A stretch of 64,000 bases of DNA from Longimicrobiales bacterium (GTDB lineage Bacteria > Gemmatimonadota > Gemmatimonadetes > Longimicrobiales > Gaopeijiaceae). Below the pieces are notes generated by a model. That model searched no databases, was not told where the DNA came from, and saw nothing but the letters and a program-made list of their open reading frames with translations. The DNA is taken from the NCBI GenBank assembly GCA_963422615.1, contig OY730414.1, positions 1,906,302 through 1,970,301 on the forward strand, given 5' to 3'. Positions 1 to 8,748 of the stretch are shown one piece after another (the first letter of the stretch is position 1; every line of letters starts with the position of its first letter). The translations under genes and the position numbers were made by a program.

Positions 1-372
1 AGCCCCGGCTTCTCTCACCCCCGGCTCGTCGTCGTCGGGGCGGTGGTCCGGTCTCCCCACACCCCGGAGGAAATCGAGCGGGCCATTTACGAAGAAATCG
101 AAAACATCAAGGACGGGGGTCTCCATCCCCTGGCCCTGGTTCGGATCAGGAACCAGCTTCGCGCGGGCGAATTTCGCAGGTTGGCCTCGAACCTGCAGCT
201 GGCCGGTCAAATCGCCGAATCGGAGGCGGCCCTGGGTGACTGGCGAGAGATCTTCCGCTTGTCCGCCCGGATCATGGACGTGACCCTGGAGGACGTCCAG
301 CGCGTCGCTCGAACGTATCTCACGCCCCGTTCCCGGACCGTGGCAACCCTGGTGAAGAGGGCTCCCTCGTGA
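1..372 (+). CDS. M16 (pitrilysin/insulinase) family peptidase, C-terminal part (5' truncated by window)
   Basis: Frame open from base 1; C-terminal M16 signature (EEIERAIYEEIE...VTLEDVQRVARTYL); stop overlaps start of a second M16 gene. Confidence 0.75.
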   Translation, partial: SPGFSHPRLVVVGAVVRSPHTPEEIERAIYEEIENIKDGGLHPLALVRIRNQLRAGEFRRLASNLQLAGQIAESEAALGDWREIFRLSARIMDVTLEDVQRVARTYLTPRSRTVATLVKRAPS

Positions 373-1910
373 CCCCGGCAAGAATCGCCGTTGGCGTCGC
401 CCGACGCCTCCCGACCGGGATCGCCCTCCTCCCGGCGCTTGCCCTTTTGTCGCTGACCTCCCAGGCCGTCTTGCCCTTTCCCGCCAGAGCCCAGGATTCG
501 GTCCGGGAACGCATCGACGCCATCCGATTCCCCGAAGTCCGCTTCGCTCCCCCGCAAGCCCACCACGAGGAAATCCGAGGCGTTCCGGTCTACTACGTAC
601 AAGACGGTGCCCTGCCCCTCGTCACCTTCTACGCGGCGTTCAAGGGCGGGGTGCGCCGCCTCTCGAGAGACTACTTCGCGGCAGCGTCGGCCCTTCCGGG
701 CTTGATGAGAACCGGCGGGACCGCCGCGCTCCCCCCCGACTCCGTCGACGGCCGTATCGAGCTCTTGGCCCTGTCCATGAGTTTCGGCCAGGGGGGCGGA
801 AGTGTGTCTTCCTGGGTCAATACCCTTTCCGACAACCTGGATGAGGCCGCGTCTCTCTGGACAGACATGCTGCGCCGTCCCCGCTTCGACTCCGCCCAGG
901 TGGCGCTCTGGCGCGGCGCGGAGCTGGAGCGCGTCCGCCGGCGCAGGGACGACCCCGCTTCCCTGGCCTTCGGCCTCTTCAATCGGATCATGTATGGCAG
1001 CCACCCCGTCGGCTGGCAGATGACTCCGGCAGATCTGAAGCCCGACGATTTGACCGGGGAAAAGCTGCGCTTCGTTCACGAGGCCATGATCTGCCCGGAC
1101 AACATGATGCTGGGAGTCATAGGAGATGTGGACCGGAAGCGGGCGCGGGCCCTGGTAGAGGAGATGCTGGACGGCTGGCCACCGTGCTCCGGTGGACTCC
1201 GGGAGGACCCGGTCCCCGATATCCGAGAGGGCCCGGGTGTCTTCGTTCTGCACAGAGAGATCCAGCAGAGTGTCGTCGTTCTGGCCCACGCCACGTCCGT
1301 AAGGCAAGGCGACCGCGATGCGTACTTCGCTTCTCGAATCGGAAACGCGATCCTCGGGGCGTCCGGCTTTTCCAGTCGCCTCGTTAACGAAGTGCGAACC
1401 CGGCACGGCTTGGCTTACACCGCCTCCTCCCTCTGGACGGTCTCGCAGAAGCACGATGGGCTCGTGGGCGCCCTGACCCGGACCAAACCGGAAAGCACCC
1501 TGGCCGCCACTCGCCTCATGCTGGAAGTCATCCAGTCCATGCGGTCGGCCCCCCCGTTCGACCATGAGATTTCTCATGCGGTCGCCGAGGTAGAAAATGG
1601 TTTCGTGTTCAACTTCCAGTCGCCGTTTCAGATCGTCGCCCGCAGGATGGCCTACCGAAGTCTGGGACTTGGCGAAGACTGGCTCCAACGGTACCTGGAC
1701 GGGATCCGCCAGGTGACCCCCAAGGACGTCCAGGATGTCTTCCGAAAAGAAGTGGACCCGCAGCAGATGACCATTCTGTTGGTCGGAGACACGGCTCGCT
1801 TCGACGGCTCCCCTTCGGAACTGGGAACCGTTACGGTTTTGGAAGAACCCCTTCCGCCTCCGGAGCCGCGCCCTTGGACGCCACGTGAATCGCCGCGATC
1901 CCGGCGGTAA
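369..1910 (+). CDS. M16 family peptidase-like protein, probably the non-catalytic subunit, exported
   Basis: Signal peptide (PARAQ); ILGASGFSSRLVNEVRTRHGLAY glycine-rich/R-Y motif; no HxxEH motif. Confidence 0.85.
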   Translation: MTPARIAVGVARRLPTGIALLPALALLSLTSQAVLPFPARAQDSVRERIDAIRFPEVRFAPPQAHHEEIRGVPVYYVQDGALPLVTFYAAFKGGVRRLSRDYFAAASALPGLMRTGGTAALPPDSVDGRIELLALSMSFGQGGGSVSSWVNTLSDNLDEAASLWTDMLRRPRFDSAQVALWRGAELERVRRRRDDPASLAFGLFNRIMYGSHPVGWQMTPADLKPDDLTGEKLRFVHEAMICPDNMMLGVIGDVDRKRARALVEEMLDGWPPCSGGLREDPVPDIREGPGVFVLHREIQQSVVVLAHATSVRQGDRDAYFASRIGNAILGASGFSSRLVNEVRTRHGLAYTASSLWTVSQKHDGLVGALTRTKPESTLAATRLMLEVIQSMRSAPPFDHEISHAVAEVENGFVFNFQSPFQIVARRMAYRSLGLGEDWLQRYLDGIRQVTPKDVQDVFRKEVDPQQMTILLVGDTARFDGSPSELGTVTVLEEPLPPPEPRPWTPRESPRSRR

Positions 1911-2598
1911 GGCGGAACCATCCCACCGAAGTGAACCCAACGTCACAAAGGAGTTCCGCGAGGTCTTCCGGAGGGGGAAACTGCCTCACGGACTTCGGAA
2001 GGTAGCTGTAAGCCCAAGGGTGACCGGAGACCACCCTTCCCACTGTGGGCAGAATGCGGTTGAAGTAGAGGAGGTACGCGACCCGGAACAGTCTGCCGAT
2101 GGGCACGGTGAAGTCCAGGACCACCAGACGGCCCTCGGGGGCCAGCACCCGATGGAGCTCCCGGCATCCCGTCGCCAGATCTGAAAGGTTTCGCGCGCCG
2201 AAACCAACCGTGGCTCCGGCGAAAACAGCGTCGGGAAACGGAAGGCGCTGCGTGTCTCCGCACGTTGGAAACACAGGAGCGCTACGGATCTTGGACCGGC
2301 CCTGCTCAAGCATGGGAAGGGCGAAGTCCGCACCCACCACCCGGCCTCCGAACCCGGGCTGTCCAGCGAGTTCCAGAGCCAAGTCAAGGGTGCCGGCACA
2401 CGCGTCCAGGTAGAGTCCCCCGGGCTCACGATCCCAGGCCAGCTCCCGAATGGCCCGCTGGCGCCACTTACGGTCGATTCTCAGGCTCAGGACGCGATTG
2501 AGCAGGTCGTAGCGGGGAGCGATCTCCCCGAAGATCGTTCGCACTTGCCGGGCCCGCTCCCGTCCGACGGCTGGCTCCGCGTCCCTTGAAGCAGTCAA
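1831..2598 (-). CDS. menG: UbiE/MenG family demethylmenaquinone methyltransferase
   Basis: FGEIAPRYDLLNRVLS, LDACAGTLDLA SAM motif, GFGARN, YSYLPKSV; start estimated at TTG 2598. Confidence 0.85.
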   Translation of the reverse strand: MTASRDAEPAVGRERARQVRTIFGEIAPRYDLLNRVLSLRIDRKWRQRAIRELAWDREPGGLYLDACAGTLDLALELAGQPGFGGRVVGADFALPMLEQGRSKIRSAPVFPTCGDTQRLPFPDAVFAGATVGFGARNLSDLATGCRELHRVLAPEGRLVVLDFTVPIGRLFRVAYLLYFNRILPTVGRVVSGHPWAYSYLPKSVRQFPPPEDLAELLCDVGFTSVGWFRLTAGIAAIHVASKGAAPEAEGVLPKP

Positions 2599-2777
2599 GC
2601 AACGTAACTCCAGGTCGGAAGGCGCGGCGTCGGAACCGAAGGGGTCCCAATAAGGTAGACAACCCGTAAGAAGAGCTCCAGCGCCGGAGCCCAGGTGAAC
2701 CGGACAAGGAAACCGAACGTAAACGTACATGGTGTTACAGTCCGCTTCCCAAACACGCCAACCGGCCGGGAAAGTCT

Positions 2778-3404
2778 TTGAGCCCACGGCGGAAACCTCC
2801 GAATTTGGACAACTCTGTTCCCACCGACAGAATGTTGGCGGCCCAAGCTGCCAGTGGCCGAGAGGGCCGGGAAAGGGCGTTTCGCGAACTTCTCCGCCGA
2901 TACGAAAGGCCGGTTTTTTCCCTGATCTATCGCATGGTGCGGGACCGGGGTCTCGCGGAAGACCTGGCCCAGGAAGCATTCGTCCGCGCCTTCAACGCCA
3001 TCGGCAGCTATAATCCGGCATACAAGTTCTCGAACTGGATCTTCAAGATCGCGAACAACCTCACCATCGATCATCTGCGCAAGAAACGGATCGAAACCAT
3101 CTCCATCCATGGATCTCCCCACGCGGTGACAAGAGAGGAACAGGCCCAAACCCGCCTAGTGGTGGAATCAACGGACGAACGTCCCGATGCATATGTGGAG
3201 AACCGGGAATTGGGCAACCAGATCGAAGCGGCGATCGGCAACCTGCGGCCCGCGTACCGAACCGCCATTCTTCTTCGCCATGTGGAGGGGTACTCCTACG
3301 GCGAAATTTCCCAGATCATGGAGTTGCCCCTGGGAACGGTGAAGACTTACATCCATCGGGCTCGGCTGGAGCTAAAAGAAGCTCTGGCTCCCCTCAAACA
3401 ATAG
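2778..3404 (+). CDS. ECF RNA polymerase sigma factor (SigW/RpoE-like)
   Basis: Region 2 AEDLAQEAFVRAF...FSNWIFKIANNLTIDHLRK; region 4 YSYGEISQIMELPLGTVKTYIHRAR. Confidence 0.93.
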   Translation: MSPRRKPPNLDNSVPTDRMLAAQAASGREGRERAFRELLRRYERPVFSLIYRMVRDRGLAEDLAQEAFVRAFNAIGSYNPAYKFSNWIFKIANNLTIDHLRKKRIETISIHGSPHAVTREEQAQTRLVVESTDERPDAYVENRELGNQIEAAIGNLRPAYRTAILLRHVEGYSYGEISQIMELPLGTVKTYIHRARLELKEALAPLKQ

Positions 3405-3437
3405 TCGGTCCGGGTGCGAAGCCGGGAGGCAGCTGGG

Positions 3438-3465
3438 TGAAACCCGTAACCGCAGCGGAGCGTAA
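3438..3465 (+). promoter_or_regulatory. Possible ECF (SigW-type) promoter TGAAAC-N17-CGTAA
   Basis: tgaaac at 3438-3443 and cgtaa at 3461-3465 in the sigma/anti-sigma gap; spacer is one base longer than the B. subtilis SigW consensus. Confidence 0.4.
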
Positions 3466-3522
3466 TGGGCGAAGGGCCCGGGGGGAGACGGGGTTTACCG
3501 CGACCAACTCGGAGATGACAAT

Positions 3523-4407
3523 GTGTTGACGAGACAAACGGTGCGGATTCTTTCGTACCTTGACGGGGAGCTATCCGCTGGGGAGCGGGCCGACTTGGAG
3601 GCCGAAGCGGCCCGTGACCCCAAGATGGCCGAGGCGGTTGCGTCTTTCCGCGCTCTCGCGATAACGCTCGGCGAACTCGGATCCTTCCAACCGTCCTCGG
3701 ACTTCGGGGCACGGGTACTGGCATCCCTGCACATGCGGACAAGCATGTGGACGCGCCTCCGGGGTTGGCTCCCAGGCGCCCGCAGCCCCATCCCGCCCAA
3801 CCCGCTCACGGCTTTCCTGGAGCAAGAGCTGTCCAAGCGGCAAGCCCGGACTCTGGCAGCGCTTCTCTCCAGCAACCCGGAAGTGGAAGCCGCCGCGATC
3901 CATTGGCGGAAACTGTTCGGCAAACTCGAAAGACTTCCCGCTTTCGCTCCGCTCACGGGCTTCTCCCAGGAGGTCCTGGCTCGCCTCAAAGTGGTCCCGC
4001 CGACCCGTTGGCACCGCCTTCTGGCTCGGGTGCGGGAACTTCGGTCCCGCCGTCTACAATGGATGGCAGCGGCGTCAGGGGCCGCCCTCGCGCCGACGGC
4101 GGTCGTTTCCGTAGCGATCTACATGGTTCTCAGCCATCCTCTGGTGACCCTCACCGGCTTGGGGAAGTTCGCGTGGACAAAGGCTACCGCAGCCTTGGCG
4201 AAGCTGTTCGGTGCACTCGTCGGCAGTGCAGCGGGAAGTCCTGCGGCGCAAGAAGTCTACAGGTTCGTGACCGGCCTGGCCTCACCCCGGTCAACCGTGG
4301 CAACCGTCGTGGTTCTCTTCGGAGGTCTCACGCTACTTTCCGGCTGGATCCTATACAGGAATATCGTCAACGACCCCGGAATGGATCGCCAACATGTACC
4401 GGTCTAG
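3523..4407 (+). CDS. Membrane-bound anti-sigma factor with two tandem anti-sigma-domain-like repeats
   Basis: Follows ECF gene; ILSYLDGELSAGERADLE...PSSDFGARVL and LTAFLEQELSKRQARTLA...PLTGFSQEVL; C-terminal hydrophobic helices; GGAG RBS before GTG. Confidence 0.75.
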   Translation: MLTRQTVRILSYLDGELSAGERADLEAEAARDPKMAEAVASFRALAITLGELGSFQPSSDFGARVLASLHMRTSMWTRLRGWLPGARSPIPPNPLTAFLEQELSKRQARTLAALLSSNPEVEAAAIHWRKLFGKLERLPAFAPLTGFSQEVLARLKVVPPTRWHRLLARVRELRSRRLQWMAAASGAALAPTAVVSVAIYMVLSHPLVTLTGLGKFAWTKATAALAKLFGALVGSAAGSPAAQEVYRFVTGLASPRSTVATVVVLFGGLTLLSGWILYRNIVNDPGMDRQHVPV

Positions 4408-6010
4408 CCCTACCCCGGCCGTGCCCATTCTCACGGCTGCCGCCCTTCTCCTGGGCGTAGCGGCCGCCGAGGGACGGCAAAGCTCCATCGTATCCAGCCA
4501 AGTGGCGATATCTGCTTCCGAAGCCGCGCTTCACTTGGATTTTTCCGACGGTGAAGGCCTGAACATCACGTTGAGCGACGGAGTCGCCACTGTGAATGGC
4601 GAAGCCTTGGGGAGTTATGACGTCGGTGGCGCTGCGGACCGGGCGTGGCGGGGGCTGTTGGCGGATGTTCGTTCTCTTGCCGACGGGCCGCTGGCCCGGG
4701 AACTGGAACGGTGGCGACCCGATCCGAACGGGGCGGCGGCCGATCTGGAGCTTCTCCGGAACCTGAATGGCCTCCTGGATGAAGCTGTCGGCGGGGCCAC
4801 CGGGCAGGACCGCCAAGATCGGAACGATGGCCCGGCCCAACCTTTGGCCGACCTCTTGGAGATCATTGCGCGAGACAACTACGCCGAGGGACTGGGGGAG
4901 GCCCTGGAAGACATTGACCTAGGTTCCCTGGATATCCGGCTGAACGAAGACCACGTGGTTCCCCAGGGGACTCTGGTCGAAGGCGGCATCCTGGTCGCGG
5001 GTGCGGGTCTGGACATCCGAGGCAGGGTGGGCGCGGATGTGGTCGTCCTGAACGGGGTCATGAACCTTGGAGAAGGAGGACGGATCGACGGAAACGTCTA
5101 TCTGATCGAGTCCGAAATGGAGCGCCGGGACGGCTGGGTGCAGGGCGAAGTCGTGGATGTGCTGCGCAGGAAAAGAATTCGGGACCGGGACCGGGTCATG
5201 GCCGAAGTTCGGCGGGAACTGGAGCAGATGGACCGGCGCACGGGCAGTTCGCCCAACCGCAACCCTAGGGGCTTCCTCGAGCGGGTCGGCCGGGCCCTGG
5301 GGGGCGTGTTCGAAGCCTTGGTGAGCTTCATGTTTCTGGGTTTCCTGGCCCTGGCCCTGAGGAGGTTCGCGGGAAGCCGCATGGACGCGGTCGCCCGGGC
5401 CGTCGAGTGCTATCCCGCTCGGAGCGCAGGGGTCGGTTTTGCAGGCGGTTTCTTGATCATCCCCGTATACCTTCTGGGGATCGTGGTGTTGGCGATCTCC
5501 GTGGCGGGCAGTCCGGCTCTGCTCCTTTGGGTACCCTTCTTCCCCCTTGCCGTGTTCGCTGCGGGGCTCGCGGGCTTCCTGAGCGTGGGCCACTACGTGG
5601 GACGACGAATCCTTGACCAGGAGTTCCAGTGGCTCCCCTGGCCCGATCGTCACAACGCACTCCACGTGAAGATGGTGGGGGTCGGGGCGCTTCTCGCTCC
5701 CTTCGCCGCCGGCAGCGTGATTCGAAGCATTCCCGACGTCGGGTGGCTCGGCGGCGTCGTGCAAGGGCTCGGCGCCCTTGCGTGTTTGGCCGCAGTCGTC
5801 TTGGGTCTGGGCGCCGTAATCGTCACCCGGGGCGGTACCTACACGGCTTCCCCGGAGTCCCCGTTCGCCGACGACTTGGACTCGGACCCCTGGTTTCGGA
5901 AGGCAGGGACCGAGGAAGAACCGGTTCCCTGGGCCACCTCAACGGAATCCGGCAATGTCGGGACGGATGGGACAAAGGAACCCGACGCGCCTGACACGGG
6001 GGCGAAGTGA
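4394..6010 (+). CDS. Membrane protein with bactofilin/polymer-forming-type beta-helix repeats and a multi-TM C-terminal domain
   Basis: Signal peptide; VEGGILVAGAGLDIRGRVGADVVVLNGVMNLGEGGRIDGNV repeats; about 5-6 TM helices; overlaps anti-sigma stop. Confidence 0.65.
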   Translation: MYRSSPTPAVPILTAAALLLGVAAAEGRQSSIVSSQVAISASEAALHLDFSDGEGLNITLSDGVATVNGEALGSYDVGGAADRAWRGLLADVRSLADGPLARELERWRPDPNGAAADLELLRNLNGLLDEAVGGATGQDRQDRNDGPAQPLADLLEIIARDNYAEGLGEALEDIDLGSLDIRLNEDHVVPQGTLVEGGILVAGAGLDIRGRVGADVVVLNGVMNLGEGGRIDGNVYLIESEMERRDGWVQGEVVDVLRRKRIRDRDRVMAEVRRELEQMDRRTGSSPNRNPRGFLERVGRALGGVFEALVSFMFLGFLALALRRFAGSRMDAVARAVECYPARSAGVGFAGGFLIIPVYLLGIVVLAISVAGSPALLLWVPFFPLAVFAAGLAGFLSVGHYVGRRILDQEFQWLPWPDRHNALHVKMVGVGALLAPFAAGSVIRSIPDVGWLGGVVQGLGALACLAAVVLGLGAVIVTRGGTYTASPESPFADDLDSDPWFRKAGTEEEPVPWATSTESGNVGTDGTKEPDAPDTGAK

Positions 6011-6891
6011 ACGTGCTTTCAATTCCCCGGATTCGAGCCTACGTCCTTCTTTCCGGCCTAATCCTCCCCAGTGCCAGTGCCGCGGGTGCCCCTGAAGCTC
6101 GGGGACAGACCTGGAAGACCGTCACCGCCGCCAGAATGATTACAGACGAAAAACTTTTGCGAGTGCGGATCAGCTACGGCGCTGCGGTTCTGAAGCTCGG
6201 GCGAAGCGATGCCGGACTACTCTACAGGGCGGTTCTTCGGGTCGATGAAGAAGCCGAGCCCGTCATCGAGTACGACCACGAGCACGTTCACCTGGGCGTC
6301 TCGAACCGAGAACGAAGGGGGATCGGTTGGGGCGACTCCGGGAACCGGACCTCCGGGAATTCAATGGACCTGGAGTTGTCCCGGGAAGTCCCCTTGGAAG
6401 TGGATCTGGACTTCGGGGCCGGCCGGGCCGATTTGGACCTGACGGGACTTCCGCTTCGGCGCCTGGAACTGAACACCGGCGTAGCCGAGACGGTGCTCTA
6501 CATCAATGAACTAAACCCGGAGACGATGGAGTCGGCCGTTTTCGCTGCAGGTGCTGCCGATTTTCACATCCGCGGCATGGGGAATCTGAACGCCAAGACC
6601 GTTACCGTAAAGGCAGGCATCAGCTCCGTAACCCTGGGCCTGGATGGCGAATGGCCGCGCGAAAGCCGCCTGTTCGTTGACATGGGACTGGGCGCCCTGC
6701 AACTCATCATACCCGAGTCCCTTGGGGTGCAGGTGCGGAAGCACGGCAGTTTCCTTGCTTCCTTCGACACCGATGGGCTGGTTGAGCGGGAAGGCACCTA
6801 TCAGTCTGCGAATTGGGCTGTCGCCGATCGCAGTTTGGACATTGAGATCTCCGCAGCCATGGGGAGCATCGATTTGACGTGGATCCGCTGA
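6007..6891 (+). CDS. Exported LiaF/LiaG-like (toast-rack/DUF2154/DUF4097-type) beta-repeat protein
   Basis: Signal peptide; repeated units LDFGAGRADLDL, LNTGVAETVL, VKAGISSVTL, DMGLGALQL, SAAMGSIDL. Confidence 0.6.
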   Translation: MNVLSIPRIRAYVLLSGLILPSASAAGAPEARGQTWKTVTAARMITDEKLLRVRISYGAAVLKLGRSDAGLLYRAVLRVDEEAEPVIEYDHEHVHLGVSNRERRGIGWGDSGNRTSGNSMDLELSREVPLEVDLDFGAGRADLDLTGLPLRRLELNTGVAETVLYINELNPETMESAVFAAGAADFHIRGMGNLNAKTVTVKAGISSVTLGLDGEWPRESRLFVDMGLGALQLIIPESLGVQVRKHGSFLASFDTDGLVEREGTYQSANWAVADRSLDIEISAAMGSIDLTWIR

Positions 6892-7015
6892 CCTGCTTGA
6901 ATCCCGGGCGGGGAGTGACAACCGTCTTGACCCGTTGCTGTTATTATTACAGGAGATACGAGAGCAACAACCATCCCCCGGACGGCCGAGGGGGAGCTGC
7001 TGGGCGGAGGGAAGC

Positions 7016-7252
7016 ATGATCGGAACTCTGTTGACATTTCTGGCCGTGGGGATCTTCAGCATCGTCGTTGCCTGGATCGTCCTTTCGGTCGTTGGCTCAC
7101 TCCTTGGTTTGACGCTAGGGATTGCTGGGTTTCTGCTCACGAAAGTCGTGCCGATCATGCTGGTGGGCTGGGTCGTCCTGAAGCTCCTCGCCAGAGTGCG
7201 AAGGAGCAGCGCCCTGTCGGCGTCGGACCGCCAATGGCTGGAGGGGGGCTAA
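7016..7252 (+). CDS. Small membrane protein (PspG/LiaI-like)
   Basis: 78 aa, almost wholly hydrophobic, GGAGG RBS; end of ECF cluster. Confidence 0.6.
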   Translation: MIGTLLTFLAVGIFSIVVAWIVLSVVGSLLGLTLGIAGFLLTKVVPIMLVGWVVLKLLARVRRSSALSASDRQWLEGG

Positions 7253-7320
7253 GGGACTTTCGTTCCGTCCCAGCTGCCCCGGGGGAGATTCCACTGCCGG
7301 CTTGGATTCCCCTACCCGCC

Positions 7321-8421
7321 TCACCTGCGTGTCGGAAGTGCCTCCAGAGCGGCAAGCAGCCGATCACCCACCCTCTTCAGGGCGATTCCGGCCGGGGATT
7401 CGGGGGCGGACAGCACGGTCGGCCTGCCTTCGTCTCCTGCCTTCCGAACCGCCAGATCAAGGGGGACACTCCCCAGTAGGGGAACCGAGAACTCCCGAGC
7501 CAGAGCTGCCCCACCCCCGCGCCCAAAGAGGTCCACGACGTCTTCGGAGCCCGGAATCCGAAAACCGCACATGTTTTCCACGATTCCCAGCACCCGGGTG
7601 TTGACCCGCTCAAACATTTTCACGCCCCGGCGCACATCTCCGGTCGCCACTTTTTGGGGCGTGGTGACCATCAAAGCGCCGTCCAGATCAACGGTCTGAA
7701 CCAGAGACAGTTGGGCGTCTCCCGTCCCTGGAGGCAGGTCTACAACCATCAGGTCCAGCCGGCCCCACGACACCTGCTCCAGAAACTGTTTGAGGATCCC
7801 GGAGATCAGGGGACCCCGCATGATGGCGGGCTGTTCCCGCTCCAGAAGGAAACCCAGACTCATGAGCCGAACCCCGTGGGCTCGAAGAGGGACGATCATC
7901 TCCGACCCCTTGGCCCCGGAGACAGCGGGGCGGCGCTCCTCCCCGAACATGATCGGAATGTTGGGGCCGTAGATGTCCGCATCCAGGAGACCCACCGTGA
8001 GCCCCCTGGAAGTCGCGTGAGCGGCCAAGTTCGTCGCCACCATAGACTTCCCAACCCCCCCCTTGCCCGAACTGACAGCGACGACCCGGGTCACGCCCGC
8101 CAGAATGCCCGGCCTGGGCTTCGGGGCGGGCACGGATCCCGGCCTAAGCTCCGGCGCCTTTCCCCCCGGTGGGGTTTGAGGCAACTGAACATCCACCTTG
8201 ACCCGCTTGATACCTTCCACCGCCTCTGCCGCAACCCGGGCCTGCCGGACCAGAGCTCCGGGATCGCCCCGATGGAGGGAAAAGGAGAATCGGGCCTTCC
8301 CCGCAGCGTCAACGGAGACCTCCCCGACTTGGCCACCCGCAACGACATCCCGTCCGGTGTTTGGATTCACCACCCCGGTCAGGGCCCGGGTTATGGCAGC
8401 GACCCGTCCGTTCTGGTTCAT
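7321..8421 (-). CDS. mrp: Mrp/NBP35 (ApbC) Fe-S cluster carrier ATPase
   Basis: SSGKGGVGKS, DADIYGPNIP, DLPPGTGDAQL, GIVENM; N-terminal DUF59-like region. Confidence 0.93.
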   Translation of the reverse strand: MNQNGRVAAITRALTGVVNPNTGRDVVAGGQVGEVSVDAAGKARFSFSLHRGDPGALVRQARVAAEAVEGIKRVKVDVQLPQTPPGGKAPELRPGSVPAPKPRPGILAGVTRVVAVSSGKGGVGKSMVATNLAAHATSRGLTVGLLDADIYGPNIPIMFGEERRPAVSGAKGSEMIVPLRAHGVRLMSLGFLLEREQPAIMRGPLISGILKQFLEQVSWGRLDLMVVDLPPGTGDAQLSLVQTVDLDGALMVTTPQKVATGDVRRGVKMFERVNTRVLGIVENMCGFRIPGSEDVVDLFGRGGGAALAREFSVPLLGSVPLDLAVRKAGDEGRPTVLSAPESPAGIALKRVGDRLLAALEALPTRR

Positions 8422-8600
8422 GTACCGGCCCCTACCCTCAACACCTCGGGTTTCTTGGCCCGCAATCCGCGTTCGGTCCCTCGCTCAAAGGTCATCATGG
8501 ATACTACCCTTCGGCCTTTCCCAGCGTCAACGGCTGAGGAAGAGGAGACTTCGGATAAGGAAGAGTGGGCTTCGTTCTCCTCTTTAGTCTCTTTGTCCTC
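8418..8600 (-). pseudogene. Degenerate NifU-C/NfuA remnant lacking CxxC
   Basis: AVDAGKGRRVV-SMMTFERGTERGLRAKKPEVLRVGA resembles the NifU C-terminal end; stop overlaps mrp start (ATGA). Confidence 0.5.
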
Positions 8601-8748
8601 CCCGGTTGTGTTTCCCCCGCTTCCAAGTGAAACTTCCTGTTGCCCCGGTGGGACCCAAAGTTCCCCGGGTGGGGCCCCATGCACCGAACGATGACTCGGT
8701 CAAGACCCGGGCTTGAATTCCGCCATCTCACGATTTGGGAAAAATCGT

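Noticed and set aside
1831..1910. 80-bp convergent overlap of menG and the M16 gene
   Set aside because: Both tails are low-complexity extensions; no evidence of function.
207..1946. 579-aa minus-strand ORF
   Set aside because: Antisense shadow of the M16 genes with no motifs; long shadow ORFs are expected at high GC.
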